A stretch of 25,924 nt of DNA from Candidatus Subterrananammoxibius californiae. GTDB lineage: Bacteria > Planctomycetota > Brocadiia > Brocadiales > Subterrananammoxibiaceae. Both the position numbers and the translations under genes were made by a program. Below, in pieces: positions 1 to 11,041 of this stretch. The notes beneath the pieces were generated by a model. It made no database searches. It was given only the letters and a program-made list of their open reading frames with translations, and was not told the DNA's origin. Within the stretch, counting starts at the first letter, position 1; each line of letters begins with the position of its first letter. The stretch covers positions 50,771 to 76,694 of the forward strand of contig JAURAC010000013.1 of the NCBI GenBank assembly GCA_030586555.1. The letters are read 5' to 3'.

Positions 1-674
1 GCGCTTCCAGTCTTCAACAACCCTACAATCTCTGCGCCCCCATCCTTTGTCCTCTGGACAATGCTATTTAACCTTTCCCTGGATATGACTTCCGTAATAG
101 GAATGCCCGCAACGGTTGTATGGCTGAGGAGCGGTACCATTGTATCTCCGTGACTGCCTACCACGCATGTATGAATATTCTCTACGGATACATTTAATTC
201 CTGTGAAAGAAACATCCTGAATCGAATCGTATCAAGTACGCCTGCCATACCCATTACCTTTTCTTTTGAGAACCGGCTTGTTTTATAAGCAAGATAGGTC
301 ATGACATCTAATGGATTAGAAACGACTATTATGATTGCATTTGGTGATTCCTTTACCGCCTGTTCAACAACGCTTTTAACAATTTCGGCATTTACCTTAA
401 CCAGGTCTTCCCTGCTCATGCCCGGTTTGCGAGGTATGCCAGAGGTAATAATAATCAAGTCAGAATCCTTCGTGTCCTCATAATTACACGTACCGATAAT
501 TTCCGAATTATATCCCCATAAAGGGCTCGACTGTGTCATGTCAAGCGCTTTACCTTTGGCGAGACCTTCGATAATGTCAACCAATACGACATCCCCTAAG
601 CCCTTTTCAAGCAGCCTTAAAGCCGTCGTTGCCCCAACGTTTCCTGCGCCTATAACGGTTATTTTCTTTGCCAT
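1..674 (-). CDS. mdh: Malate dehydrogenase (LDH-like MDH), 3' end runs off the window
   Basis: Not in the ORF track. Manual translation from ATG at 674 gives [18 protein letters not shown] (Rossmann GxGxxG), [19 protein letters not shown] and GMAGVLD. It lies directly downstream of icd, a common icd-mdh arrangement. Confidence 0.93.
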   Translation of the reverse strand, partial: MAKKITVIGAGNVGATTALRLLEKGLGDVVLVDIIEGLAKGKALDMTQSSPLWGYNSEIIGTCNYEDTKDSDLIIITSGIPRKPGMSREDLVKVNAEIVKSVVEQAVKESPNAIIIVVSNPLDVMTYLAYKTSRFSKEKVMGMAGVLDTIRFRMFLSQELNVSVENIHTCVVGSHGDTMVPLLSHTTVAGIPITEVISRERLNSIVQRTKDGGAEIVGLLKTGS

Positions 675-685
675 AAAATAGTTCT

Positions 686-742
686 GGGCTATAGGCTATG
701 AGCTATGGGAAACTTAATACCCATCGCCTATTACCTATCGCC
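686..742. repeat. Heptamer-repeat hairpin (GGCTATR-like units facing CCTATCG-like units)
   Basis: gggctat aggctat gagctat ... ccatcgc ctattac ctatcgc in the icd-mdh spacer. Confidence 0.7.
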
Positions 743-1915
743 TCACTCCATATTTTTTATTATTGCCTCTGCAAACTCGGAGCATTTAAGTAACTCTGCG
801 CCCTCCATTTGCCTCTGTAAATCGTAGGTTACAGTCTTTCGTTTGATAGTTTCTTGCATTGCATCTACAATTAAACTTGCAGCCTCATTCCAGCCGAGAT
901 GTTCAAACATCATTACACCTGAAAGGATTAATGAACCGGGATTTACCATATCCTTGTTAGCGTATTTTGGCGCTGTGCCATGTGTTGCCTCAAAGAGGGC
1001 TGCCTTATCGCCGATATTTGCCCCTGGAGCCATACCGAGCCCACCAACCTGTGCTGCACATGCATCGGATAGGTAGTCTCCATTAAGATTTGGCGTGGCA
1101 ATAACGCTGTAATCTTCCGGTCTTAGAAGTATCTGCTGGAACATTGCATCAGCAATCCTGTCATTGATAAGAACCCTTCCCTTTGCCTTGCGGTACGTAA
1201 GAATTTCTTCTTCCGTTACAATGCGGTCAGCAAATTCCTCCTTTGCAACCTCGTATCCCCATTTGCAGAAGGCGCCTTCTGTAAATTTCATTATATTGCC
1301 TTTATGAACGAACGTAACTACCCTGCGTTTTGTGCATATAGCGTACTCAATTGCACGTCTTACGAGTCTTTTTGTACCGGTAACGCTAATCGGTTTGATG
1401 CCAATTCCAGAATCCTTCCTGATTTTACTCCCGGTTTCTGCATAAATAAAATCTATTAACCTCCTTGCTTCCTTTGAACCCTTTTTGTACTCTATGCCCG
1501 CATAGACGTCCTCAGTATTTTCCCTGAAGATTACGACGTTAAGTCTTTCCGGATGTATAAGCGGGCTTGGAACGCCGTCAAAGTAGCGCACGGGCCTAAC
1601 ACAGGCATAAAGGTCGAGCGCCTGTCTGATTGCGACATTAAGGCTTCGAATGCCTCCGCCAACAGGGGTGGCAAGTGGACCTTTAATTGCGACCTTGTAT
1701 TTTTTGATAGCCTTGAGGGTTTCTTCAGGGAGCCATTCGCCGAATTGCTTTTTAGCCTCCGAGCCTGCATAAATTTCAAGCCATTTTATGCACTTCTTGC
1801 CCTTGTAAGCCTTTTTAACTGCTTCATCAAAAACTCGCACGGAGGCGTTCCATATATCAGGTCCCACGCCGTCACCCTTGATAAACGGAATAACGACCGA
1901 GTTCGGAGTTATCAT
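743..1915 (-). CDS. icd: Isocitrate dehydrogenase, dimeric E. coli-like type
   Basis: Motifs [74 protein letters not shown]. Start moved to the ATG at 1915 because the track's extension runs through a repeat/promoter region. Confidence 0.96.
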   Translation of the reverse strand: MITPNSVVIPFIKGDGVGPDIWNASVRVFDEAVKKAYKGKKCIKWLEIYAGSEAKKQFGEWLPEETLKAIKKYKVAIKGPLATPVGGGIRSLNVAIRQALDLYACVRPVRYFDGVPSPLIHPERLNVVIFRENTEDVYAGIEYKKGSKEARRLIDFIYAETGSKIRKDSGIGIKPISVTGTKRLVRRAIEYAICTKRRVVTFVHKGNIMKFTEGAFCKWGYEVAKEEFADRIVTEEEILTYRKAKGRVLINDRIADAMFQQILLRPEDYSVIATPNLNGDYLSDACAAQVGGLGMAPGANIGDKAALFEATHGTAPKYANKDMVNPGSLILSGVMMFEHLGWNEAASLIVDAMQETIKRKTVTYDLQRQMEGAELLKCSEFAEAIIKNME

Positions 1916-1981
1916 GTTTGGAATTGTACTTAAAAAAGGTTTGTTAGTCAAAAGTATTTTAGCTAACAAGCCTTGCAAGGC

Positions 1982-2070
1982 AAATCCCAAAATTCCAATT
2001 CCGAAACCCCAGATTTTGGTAATCGGTAATTGGTCATTTATTGGGATTTGGGGATTGGGATTTGGAATTT
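1982..2070. repeat. Heptamer-like low-complexity inverted repeat (AAATCCC/GGGATTT type)
   Basis: aaatcccaaaattccaattccgaaacccc faces ttgggatttggggattgggatttggaattt. Confidence 0.7.
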
Positions 2071-2089
2071 AAATTTGACATATCATGGC

Positions 2090-2118
2090 TTGACATAAGC
2101 CGTTTAATGGAGTAATAT
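2090..2118 (+). promoter_or_regulatory. Putative sigma70 promoter of the flavoprotein/two-component block
   Basis: TTGACA(2090-2095)-N17-TAATAT(2113-2118) just upstream of ATG 2133; a second TTGACATA copy sits at 2075. Confidence 0.55.
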
Positions 2119-2132
2119 AAAAGAAAGATATT

Positions 2133-3533
2133 ATGGGTATGGAAATTACGGACGATAAAGAGTTTTTGCTAAAAGATGGTTCTAAAATAGCCATTATAGG
2201 AGGTGGACCTGCTGGAAGTTTTTTTGCACACTTCGCATCACGTTTTGCCAGAGAGACGGGACTGAACATTTCAATAACCATCTTTGACAAAAAGAGTTTT
2301 ATCAAAAGCGGACCCGAAGGGTGCAATATGTGTGCAGGGGTAATTTCTGAGAAGTTAGTTGATAAGTTACAACAAGAACATATCCTGATTCCACAGGCCC
2401 GTGTGCAGCGTGTAATTGATGGATACTACTTTCAGACCCAGAACGGTGGGGTATTACTCAAACATCCAGGTCCTTCCCAACAATCAAAAATCTTCACGGT
2501 CTTTCGCGGCAATGGACCGTGTTATGCAACTTATGGTGAGAATATTAGCTTTGACGATTTTCTTATGGAAGACGTTCACAAACAGGGGGTTGATATTGTT
2601 CATGAGTCTGTAAAAGAGATTGTCCTGCCCAAGAATCCAAAAGACCTTGTGCGAGTAATCTTTGGTAAGAGAGAATCACCTCAAGAAATGACTGCCGACC
2701 TTGTAGTAGGAGCATTCGGCGTAAATACTGCAATGATGGAAAAGATTAGCAGGATGGGATTTGGTTATTATCCACCGAAGACGGTGCGAACCTGTCAAGC
2801 GGAACTTCCTCTCGGACGTGCTACAATTGAGAAGCTATTTGGCAATAATATATATGTCTTCGCACTCGGTATAAAGGGGCTCAAATTTGCAGCCATTACC
2901 CCAAAGTCAGATTATGTTACAGTCAATCTTGTTGGCAAAGGGGATTTAACAAAGGCAGATTTAATTGGGTTTCTTAACCACCCTGCAGTCAGGCGTGTCT
3001 TGCCTGAAGGCTGGCAGATGCCAGAGAGCTATTGCATGTGCTTTTCAAAAATACCTGTAACCCATGCTAAACATCCTTACACTAATCGTCTCGTTATCCT
3101 CGGAGATGCCAGCGTTTCGAGAACATATAAAAGCGGAATTGAATCCGCCTTCAATATGGCTTATCTTGCAGCAAAAACCACCTTCTCGCAGGGCGTATCA
3201 GAGCAGGCGTTTAAAAACGGATATTACAAGGTGGCGAAAAATGTCTTAATTCGAGATAATCTCTACGGTGTATTAATGCTTTTTCTTAACGATTACATAT
3301 TTTCTCAAAAGGAAATCACGGATGCTCATTTATCATTACTTAAGTGTGGAAAGAGTTTACTGGTGGCACAACTCCTTAATGAAATCCTCTGGAATATGGT
3401 TACTGGTAATGTAACTTATAAGGAGATTTTCCTGAAGGCAATAAATCCGCAGGTATCACTGAGGGTTCTACCCATTGATATAGGCGCATGGATTAAGAGC
3501 AAACTAAAACAGGCAATAGGGAATAGCCAATAG
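2133..3533 (+). CDS. FAD-dependent oxidoreductase, geranylgeranyl-reductase/FixC-like
   Basis: IAIIGGGPAGS (FAD-binding GxGxxG), GCNMCAGVIS, ADLVVGAFG, LVILGDAS. Confidence 0.8.
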   Translation: MGMEITDDKEFLLKDGSKIAIIGGGPAGSFFAHFASRFARETGLNISITIFDKKSFIKSGPEGCNMCAGVISEKLVDKLQQEHILIPQARVQRVIDGYYFQTQNGGVLLKHPGPSQQSKIFTVFRGNGPCYATYGENISFDDFLMEDVHKQGVDIVHESVKEIVLPKNPKDLVRVIFGKRESPQEMTADLVVGAFGVNTAMMEKISRMGFGYYPPKTVRTCQAELPLGRATIEKLFGNNIYVFALGIKGLKFAAITPKSDYVTVNLVGKGDLTKADLIGFLNHPAVRRVLPEGWQMPESYCMCFSKIPVTHAKHPYTNRLVILGDASVSRTYKSGIESAFNMAYLAAKTTFSQGVSEQAFKNGYYKVAKNVLIRDNLYGVLMLFLNDYIFSQKEITDAHLSLLKCGKSLLVAQLLNEILWNMVTGNVTYKEIFLKAINPQVSLRVLPIDIGAWIKSKLKQAIGNSQ

Positions 3534-3582
3534 GGAATAGCGCTTTTGTTTATTCCCTATTCCATATTGCCATTGGCTATTG
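3514..3582. repeat. Heptamer-repeat hairpin overlapping the stop of 2133..3533
   Basis: caatagg gaatagc caatagg gaatagc ... tattccc tattcca tattgcc attggct attg. Confidence 0.7.
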
Positions 3583-3584
3583 AT

Positions 3585-6311
3585 ATGGACAACAAAGAAT
3601 TTCTACTCAAGAATGGTTCTCAAATCGCCATCATTGGTGGCGGTCCTGCCGGGAGCTTCTTTGCCCATTTTGCACAGAAAATTGCTAAAGAGAAGGGAAT
3701 AAACGTACAGGTAACAATCTTTGAAGGAAAGGATTTTACGCAAAGAGGACCCAAGGGCTGCAATATGAGCGCAGCAGTAATTTCTGAGAGGCTCTTTGAG
3801 AAATTGGAAAATCAAAATATTATTATCCCCGACACCTGCGTACAGCAAAGAATAAAGGGCTACTACTTCCAAACCCAGGATTTTGGAATTTTCCTCCGTC
3901 ATCCCGAACCTTCCCATCAACCAAAGATTATTACGGTATTTCGAGGCAATGGACCCTGGTTCTCAACACAAACAGAAAACATTAGTTTTGACGATTTCCT
4001 ATTAAGGTACGTTGAAAGAGAGGGGACTGAAGTAATCCATGAAGTAGTAAAGGATATCGTTTTGCCATCAAGGCTGGAAGAAAAGGCAAGACTGGTTTAT
4101 GAAATAGGTGGAACAAGACACGAGATGGCTTATGATTTAATAGTAGGCGCATTTGGCGTGAACACGGGAATGATTGAAAAGGTCAGACGGCTCAATCTTG
4201 GCTACCAGCCACCGCGCAGCATCCGTGCTTGTCAAGCAGAAATTTCATTAGGCAGAGCCACCGTAGAGAAGATATTCGGGAATAAAATATATATATTCAA
4301 CCTCGATATAGAACCTGTAAGGTATATAACCATAACACCCAGAGGGGATTTTGCAACTGTTACCCTTATTGGCAAAAAGGATATGACAAAGGCACAATTG
4401 CTTGAGTTCCTCAACCACCCCGTTGTTAAACACATCTTCCCCGAGGGATGGAAGGTACCAAAGAGCTTTTGTATATGTTTTCCCAAGCTTCATATCACCC
4501 AGGCAAAACACCCTTATGCAAATAGATTTGTAATAATAGGCGGAGCAGGCATTACCAGATACTTTAAGAACGAGATAGAATCTGCATTTATCTCTGCCGA
4601 GTTAGCTGCAAAAGCCACCTTTGAACATGGGGTATCCGAAGAAGCACTAAGAGATTATTATTATAAACCTGCCAAAAAGCTTTTAACCCCTGATAAATTC
4701 TATGGCAGGTTGATATTTGCTATAAATAATTACTTGTTTTCTCGCAGGCAAATAGTCACAAACTATTTGACGATGATTGATACCAAAGATAATAGTGATA
4801 CAAGGAAACACAGAGAAATCCTGTGGAATACATTTACAGGAAATGAACCGTACAAAAAAACTTTCTTCAAGGCTGTTGACCCGAGATTGCAAATTAAGCT
4901 CTTACCATTTACTTTGAGTGTTTGGGTTAAGCAGATTGTTGACAATCTCAAGGGTGGTAGACGACTCAGACACTCAAGAAGATTAAAAGAGCTAGCAAAT
5001 AGCGGTCTTGGCCCGCTCACCGATGGTCAAACCGTGGTTATTGTAGGTGGGGGTCCTGCAGGGGTTGGCTGTGCAATAACACTCAAGTCTATGGCAACAA
5101 GAAGAAATATAGAGCTTAACATAATCTTATACGAAGGAAAAGATTTTAAACGCGACCAGCAATTTAACCCCTGTGTCGGTGTGCTTTCGCCACCTATAGA
5201 GGATATCATTGAGCAAGGCTTAGGTATTCCTTTTCCACACCATCTTGTGCTGAGGAAGATTGCGGGATACTATTTGCATTCTGATGACGATGAAATAAAA
5301 TTAGATGAGGATGAGGATATATCGTACGCTGTACGACGCATTGAGTTTGACGAATATCTCTTGCAAAAGGCAAAGGAAGCTGGTATTAATGTTAAGCGAA
5401 GCCGTGTCACCAACATCGAGATAGAAGCGGGGGGAGTAATGGTATATAGCGAATCTGATAATTGCCGCGCTGATGTAATAGTTGGGGCTTTTGGTCTTGA
5501 TGACGGTACGTGCAAGGCGCTGGAGAGCGCTACACATTACAAAGCGCCCCGGTATCTCCGCTCAATCATGACAAGGTTTTCACCTGACAAACAATACTTA
5601 GATAAAAGCGAAGATTACATCCATGCCTTCCTACCTTCGCTCAGGGGAATTGAATTTGGCGCAATAACACCAAAGGCTGACCACTTTACAATTAATATTG
5701 CCGGGGCGAATGTGAGCTGGCATTGGATGGATACCTTCCTTTTGCTTCCGCAAGTAAATAGCCTCCTCCCTCCTGATTTTACAGTGCACAGAAACGAACT
5801 TGTCTATAACCAATGGCGGTTCCCGATACGACCTGCAAAGCACTTGTTTGGAGACAGATATGTTACAGTGGGTGATGCGGCTGGCTTAATACGTGCATTT
5901 AAAGGAAAAGGGGTAAATGTGGCATGTCTTACTGGTATTAAAGCTGCTCAAACAATGATGGATGCCGGTATATCAATGGAAGCCTTCAAGGATTATTATA
6001 ACAGCTTCTCCGACGTTGTAAAGGATATTCCTTACGGAAAGGTGGTTCGTCAGCTTGCTATACTAAGCGCAAAGCATGGCTTCCTTACGCCAATGATACA
6101 ACTTGCCAAAAGGGATGCTGCATTTAAACGCGCTCTTTATCATTCAGTTTCTGGAAGTAAGATGTTTAAAGACATTATTGATGACTCTAAGAGTATGAAA
6201 TTAGCTGGCAAAATTGCAATGGTGCTGGGTATATGGTTATTTGGAAACGGCTTAGGGTTCCTTCGGGGCTGGAATCCAATTAAAAGATATTTAATGCACA
6301 AACATGTGTAA
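3585..6311 (+). CDS. Tandem two-domain FAD-dependent oxidoreductase (two GGR-like domains)
   Basis: Two GGGPAG motifs (IAIIGGGPAGS, VVIVGGGPAG). The first half is a clear paralog of 2133..3533; the second half has PCVGVLS and VTVGDAAGLIRAFKGKG. ATG 3585 (MDNKEFLLKNGS) aligns with the start of the upstream paralog. Confidence 0.8.
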   Translation: MDNKEFLLKNGSQIAIIGGGPAGSFFAHFAQKIAKEKGINVQVTIFEGKDFTQRGPKGCNMSAAVISERLFEKLENQNIIIPDTCVQQRIKGYYFQTQDFGIFLRHPEPSHQPKIITVFRGNGPWFSTQTENISFDDFLLRYVEREGTEVIHEVVKDIVLPSRLEEKARLVYEIGGTRHEMAYDLIVGAFGVNTGMIEKVRRLNLGYQPPRSIRACQAEISLGRATVEKIFGNKIYIFNLDIEPVRYITITPRGDFATVTLIGKKDMTKAQLLEFLNHPVVKHIFPEGWKVPKSFCICFPKLHITQAKHPYANRFVIIGGAGITRYFKNEIESAFISAELAAKATFEHGVSEEALRDYYYKPAKKLLTPDKFYGRLIFAINNYLFSRRQIVTNYLTMIDTKDNSDTRKHREILWNTFTGNEPYKKTFFKAVDPRLQIKLLPFTLSVWVKQIVDNLKGGRRLRHSRRLKELANSGLGPLTDGQTVVIVGGGPAGVGCAITLKSMATRRNIELNIILYEGKDFKRDQQFNPCVGVLSPPIEDIIEQGLGIPFPHHLVLRKIAGYYLHSDDDEIKLDEDEDISYAVRRIEFDEYLLQKAKEAGINVKRSRVTNIEIEAGGVMVYSESDNCRADVIVGAFGLDDGTCKALESATHYKAPRYLRSIMTRFSPDKQYLDKSEDYIHAFLPSLRGIEFGAITPKADHFTINIAGANVSWHWMDTFLLLPQVNSLLPPDFTVHRNELVYNQWRFPIRPAKHLFGDRYVTVGDAAGLIRAFKGKGVNVACLTGIKAAQTMMDAGISMEAFKDYYNSFSDVVKDIPYGKVVRQLAILSAKHGFLTPMIQLAKRDAAFKRALYHSVSGSKMFKDIIDDSKSMKLAGKIAMVLGIWLFGNGLGFLRGWNPIKRYLMHKHV

Positions 6312-6375
6312 GAAGTGACTATAAGTTAGACTTTTACTATTATCACATTCTGTGGGACGCAGTTACGGTGATAAA

Positions 6376-8853
6376 ATGTTTAAAATGATAGAAAAAATGC
6401 AAGTTCGCGAAAAGCAAGTCTTTGGAGCTTTCTTTTCACTCCTTCGACTTCTAATGCTTATTCCCTTAATACCAATAGGGTTTTTTAAATCTATAAAAAC
6501 CAAATTAGTTTTTTTGTTCTTAGTTCTGGCGCTCATTCCTATCCTTCTGATGAGACTTGTAGCGTACCCAATCATGCAGAAGGCATTGCAAAATTCCCTG
6601 ATACAAAATCTTGAAGGTGTTGGGCATAAACAAGCCGAGTCTGTTCAGAGATGGATGGACGAACGAACCGGCGACTCTAAGGTAATTACAAATAATCCAT
6701 TTGCTTTGTTATCCACACGCATTAATGAAAGCGATAAACCATTTCCTGAGCTATTAAAGTACTTGAAATTCATTAAGGATGAGTATGGCTACAAAGAGAT
6801 TTTCATAACAGACACAACGGGGATGATAAGGATAGCAACCGACGAATGGAAGGTCGGAACGTATGTGTCAGGATTTGAATATTTTCATGAAGCACTAAAG
6901 GGCAAGACATTTATTTCTAAGGTAGAACCCTCCGTTGTCCCCATCGAAAATGAACATGGAGAATTGGAGTCGGGTGTTCCTACCATGTTTGTTTCAAGCC
7001 CTATTAAGGATAAGAACATAATAATGGGCGTTGTATGTATGCGAATAGATTTTATGCAAATCAGCAAACTTATGCGAAGCATTAAATTAGGCGAAAGCGG
7101 CGAGACGTATCTTATTAATCGTGACGGGGTCATGCTAACGGAGTCACGTTTTGTTTCCGACTTAAAAGAAGCAGGCCTTATAAAAAAACGGTCAGCCCTC
7201 GAACTTAAGGTTGTAACCCCCCAAACAGGAGAACTAACCAAAGGCGCCAAAGAGTGCCTGAAAGGCAAGGAAGGATTTGATGGGAATGGCTATCTGGATT
7301 ACAGGGGGGCAAAGGTGCTTGGTTTCTGGCAATGGATTCCAGAGTTGCAATGGGGAGTAATCTCTGAAATAGATGTTGATGAGGGTTACAGGGCAGTCTA
7401 TAGACTCAAAAGGAACATCTTCATACTCTTTGCAGGTGCAATGACTGCGGTAATCGTGGTCTCTATTACACTGGCAAAGATGGTATCTGAACCGATTTTA
7501 CGCCTTACAGATGCTACCAAGAAGATGGCGGCAGGAGATTTAAGCCAGAGGGTACAAAATAGGGCTGATGATGAAATCGGCGCATTAGCCAATTCGTTTA
7601 ATATAATGGCAAGCACCATAAATAAAAGAAATGAGGAACTTCAAGCAGCCAAACTGTACCTCGAATCTATGTTCGATGCCATTAAGGATGCAATAACGGT
7701 ACTCGACAAAGATGGAACTATTATAAAGGTCAATCAAGCAGCTATTGACCAATACGGACCAGACCTTGCTGGGAAAAAATGTTATCAGGCTTATAAAAGC
7801 AGGGATAGTATTTGTGAAGATTGTCCCACGGTAAGGACAATCGAAACCCATAAACCATCATCGGCAGAACATTTTATCCCCAGAAATGCTAAGACTGTTT
7901 TAATAACCTCTTATCCGTTACTTGACAACAATGGCAATCTTAATGCCGTAATTAAGGTCGTAAGAGATATTACTGAACAAAAGAAGCTGGAAAAAGAGTT
8001 ACAAAATCATACAGTAAAATTGGAAAAAACCGTTGAAAAAAGAACCCATGATTTAAAGATTGCAAATGAAGAATTGGGAAGGAGATTTATTGAACTGGAA
8101 AAGGCTAACGAGGAACTAAGAAGCCTTGATAAAATGAAGGATAGCATAATACGTGACGTTACCCATGAATTAAAGAGCCCAGTTGCCCAGGTTAAAATGG
8201 CTATAGACCTGTGGGCAGAAGAGATAAAAAAGGAAAAGATAGACCGCAGAAAAGAGGAAATGTTCAGTGGAATTGTCAATAACAACATTGAAAGGTTACA
8301 GAAAACAATAAAGAGGATACTCGACCTCTCAAGCCTTGAAGCCGGGCGAGTAAAATTCAAGAAAGAGCCTCTTCAGATTGAAGAGTTGATTAATCATGTT
8401 GTAATAGGGCAAATGTTAGTTGCCAGAAAAAAGGGGCTTACTTTGTGGGCAGATGTCAGTGAAAAACTTCCCATGGTTTATGCAGACAGGGAGGAAATTA
8501 TTCGTGTTATTTCTAACTTGATAGACAATGCTATCAAATATACAGAAAAGGGAGAGGTTGTCATTTCTGCGCGTAAAATTGATAGCGCAGTTGAAGTTGC
8601 TGTAAGTGACACTGGAATTGGCATCGGGCTCCCAAAGGGTCAGTTCCCCAGGTTATTTGAGAGATTTTTCCAGGAAAGAGCAAGGGTTGATGGAGCAGGG
8701 GTAGGGTTAGCCATTTGTAAGACAATAATAGAGGCGCACGGAGGCAAAATCTGGGCTGAAAGCGACGGTAGAGGAAAAGGGGCAACTTTTAAGTTCACTC
8801 TACCAATAACTAAGGAAGCACCAGCACTGGTCTCTGCTACAACTTACACATAA
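6376..8853 (+). CDS. Membrane sensor histidine kinase (TM-Cache-TM-HAMP-PAS-HisKA-HATPase)
   Basis: Hydrophobic segments flank a Cache-like region (GESGETYLIN, YLDYRGAKVLG); HAMP (GDLSQRV..DEIGALANSFN); PAS; H-box VTHELKSP; N-box NLIDNAIKY; G boxes DTGIGI and GAGVGLAI. Exact start uncertain (6352-6397). Confidence 0.92.
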   Translation: MFKMIEKMQVREKQVFGAFFSLLRLLMLIPLIPIGFFKSIKTKLVFLFLVLALIPILLMRLVAYPIMQKALQNSLIQNLEGVGHKQAESVQRWMDERTGDSKVITNNPFALLSTRINESDKPFPELLKYLKFIKDEYGYKEIFITDTTGMIRIATDEWKVGTYVSGFEYFHEALKGKTFISKVEPSVVPIENEHGELESGVPTMFVSSPIKDKNIIMGVVCMRIDFMQISKLMRSIKLGESGETYLINRDGVMLTESRFVSDLKEAGLIKKRSALELKVVTPQTGELTKGAKECLKGKEGFDGNGYLDYRGAKVLGFWQWIPELQWGVISEIDVDEGYRAVYRLKRNIFILFAGAMTAVIVVSITLAKMVSEPILRLTDATKKMAAGDLSQRVQNRADDEIGALANSFNIMASTINKRNEELQAAKLYLESMFDAIKDAITVLDKDGTIIKVNQAAIDQYGPDLAGKKCYQAYKSRDSICEDCPTVRTIETHKPSSAEHFIPRNAKTVLITSYPLLDNNGNLNAVIKVVRDITEQKKLEKELQNHTVKLEKTVEKRTHDLKIANEELGRRFIELEKANEELRSLDKMKDSIIRDVTHELKSPVAQVKMAIDLWAEEIKKEKIDRRKEEMFSGIVNNNIERLQKTIKRILDLSSLEAGRVKFKKEPLQIEELINHVVIGQMLVARKKGLTLWADVSEKLPMVYADREEIIRVISNLIDNAIKYTEKGEVVISARKIDSAVEVAVSDTGIGIGLPKGQFPRLFERFFQERARVDGAGVGLAICKTIIEAHGGKIWAESDGRGKGATFKFTLPITKEAPALVSATTYT

Positions 8854-8861
8854 TCAATGAC

Positions 8862-8886
8862 CTGTCTGCGTGCAACGCACAGGCAG
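8862..8886. repeat. Short imperfect palindromic intergenic repeat
   Basis: CTGTCTGCGTGCAACGCACAGGCAG between the kinase and receiver genes. Confidence 0.55.
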
Positions 8887-8900
8887 AAAGGAACGTTAGA

Positions 8901-9296
8901 ATGAGCAAAACAATACTTATTGTAGAGGATGAAAAGGCATTTCAGGATTTATATACTGTGATGTTTGAAGAAACGGACTATAATATTATTCGGGCATACG
9001 ATGCTGACCAGGCTATGACAAAATTGGAGGAGCAGAAACCCGATTTAATAATCCTGGATATACTTCTGGATTTGGTAACAGGCGATACCTTCTTTTTGCA
9101 TCTGAAACGAACCTCCGAGTATGCCAGGATTCCTGTAATTATAGCGAGTAGTTTTTCTTCAAAGACCTATAAACATCTTCAAGAGATAGACCCTACCCTT
9201 GTTTTCCTTGAAAAGCCGTTTACAAAGGGTAAGTTATTAGAAAGCGTAAGAGCAAAGCTTGACGAAGAAATGTCGCGTGAAAAGAAATGGGGTTGA
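8901..9296 (+). CDS. Single-domain response regulator (receiver only)
   Basis: ILIVEDE, PDLIILD (phospho-Asp), PVIIAS, FLEKPF; RBS AAAGGA. Confidence 0.92.
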   Translation: MSKTILIVEDEKAFQDLYTVMFEETDYNIIRAYDADQAMTKLEEQKPDLIILDILLDLVTGDTFFLHLKRTSEYARIPVIIASSFSSKTYKHLQEIDPTLVFLEKPFTKGKLLESVRAKLDEEMSREKKWG

Positions 9297-9303
9297 GTAA
9301 TAA

Positions 9304-11040
9304 ATGAGATTTTTACAAACCCTTAGAAATATACTTTCATCCCGGCTTACGGGCTTTGATGAGATACAAAATTTTCTCGACGCTACAAATGACCCTATTT
9401 TCGTTCTTCACCGAGGCGAACTAATAAAGAACTTTAATAGACAAGTAACAGAACTCTTCGGCTATGATAAGCATGACTTAGTGGGAAGTAGCATATTGAA
9501 AATAATCAAGCTGGAATACGTTCCTCACGTCAGGAAAGCAATCGAAGAAGCATGGGGTTGTAAGCCTGGCTGCAAATGTCCAACCTTCGATGTGTCCGTC
9601 ATAACCAAGGATGGAAGAGATCTTATATGCGAGTTAGACCTTAACCGTACCGAATACGGGATACAGCCACATTTTAGAGATGCCACTGAACATAGAAAGA
9701 GGGATGCGGAAAGAGAACTCATCAGTAACATTAACAAAATTATTGCCTCGGCACTCGACATCAGAGATGTTTACAAGGCGATTGCCGTTGAATTAGGCAA
9801 AAGAATTAATTTCGACCGTATGAGCATTGCACTGCTTCAGCCAGGAAACAATGCAATAACAACATACGCAGCCGTCACAAGTTATGGTTTCACAGAATTA
9901 CCTGAAGGTGGCTCTTATCCCCTCGAAGGGAGCATATTAGAAAAGGTCATCAAGAGTGGTAGCCCATTTATTGTAAATGATACTTCGCAACAAAAACTTA
10001 CCACTGACCGCAAACTTTTTAAAGAAGGCATTATGTCACGTGTTGCTTACCCATTAATTTACAAAGGACAGATAATTGGTACCATTAACCTCGGAAGCAG
10101 AAGGGTTAATGAATTCGGTAATAACCAGGTTAATCTACTTCAACAGATTGCCCCTCAACTTACCATTGCTATTGAAAACTCGAAGCTCTTTTGCAAGATT
10201 AAGGAATGGAATACGGAACTGGAGAGGATAGTAGAGGAAAGGACCAGAGCCCTAAATGCAGCAAACATAGAGATGGCCAAAAAGAACATGGAATTAGAAA
10301 GGGCTAACGAAGAATTACGAAGCCTCGATAAGATGAAGGATAATATTATCAGGGACGTTTCTCACGAATTGAAAACACCTGTGGCTCATATAGAAATGGC
10401 AATGGCTCTATGGGCAGAGGAAGTTAAAAAGGACAAGAATAGTCGAGAAAAGGAAGAAAAATATCGCAGGATTATAACCAGCAACATCCGTAAACTTCAG
10501 AAGGATATAAAAGGTATATTACATCTTTCCATTTTAGAATCAGGACAATTCCAATATAAGAAAGAACCAATACATTTAGAGGAACTTGTCAATCAAGTGG
10601 TAATGGAATTACTGCTTTTGGCAGAGCATAAGGGGCTTATATTATTAACCAGGATCCCAGACCATTTGCCCACATTCAAGGGTGATAGAGAGGAGATTAC
10701 TAAGGTAATATATAACCTGCTGGATAACGCAATCAAGTACACTGAAAAAGGACGAATTACTATTTCTGCAGAAACAAAAGAAAAAGAGTTAGAAATCTCA
10801 ATTGAGGATACTGGTATAGGAATTGGCGTCCCTAAGGACAAGTTTTATAAATTATTTGAAAGGTTTTACCAGGAAAAAACGAGAAGTGACGGGATTGGGA
10901 TAGGACTTGCCATTTGTAAAACAATCGTTGATGCACACGGAGGAAGGATTTGGGCAGAAAGTGATGGTAAGGGTAAAGGAACGGCTTTTAGATTCGCTCT
11001 CCCTTATCTGAATTCCGCACAAAACGAACAGGTAGGTTAA
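9304..11040 (+). CDS. Cytoplasmic sensor histidine kinase (PAS-GAF-HisKA-HATPase)
   Basis: PAS (FNRQVTELFGY), GAF (YPLIYKGQIIGTINLGS, LTIAIENSKLF), H-box VSHELKTP, NLLDNAIKY, DTGIGI, GIGIGLAI; no TM segment. Confidence 0.92.
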   Translation: MRFLQTLRNILSSRLTGFDEIQNFLDATNDPIFVLHRGELIKNFNRQVTELFGYDKHDLVGSSILKIIKLEYVPHVRKAIEEAWGCKPGCKCPTFDVSVITKDGRDLICELDLNRTEYGIQPHFRDATEHRKRDAERELISNINKIIASALDIRDVYKAIAVELGKRINFDRMSIALLQPGNNAITTYAAVTSYGFTELPEGGSYPLEGSILEKVIKSGSPFIVNDTSQQKLTTDRKLFKEGIMSRVAYPLIYKGQIIGTINLGSRRVNEFGNNQVNLLQQIAPQLTIAIENSKLFCKIKEWNTELERIVEERTRALNAANIEMAKKNMELERANEELRSLDKMKDNIIRDVSHELKTPVAHIEMAMALWAEEVKKDKNSREKEEKYRRIITSNIRKLQKDIKGILHLSILESGQFQYKKEPIHLEELVNQVVMELLLLAEHKGLILLTRIPDHLPTFKGDREEITKVIYNLLDNAIKYTEKGRITISAETKEKELEISIEDTGIGIGVPKDKFYKLFERFYQEKTRSDGIGIGLAICKTIVDAHGGRIWAESDGKGKGTAFRFALPYLNSAQNEQVG

Positions 11041-11041
11041 T

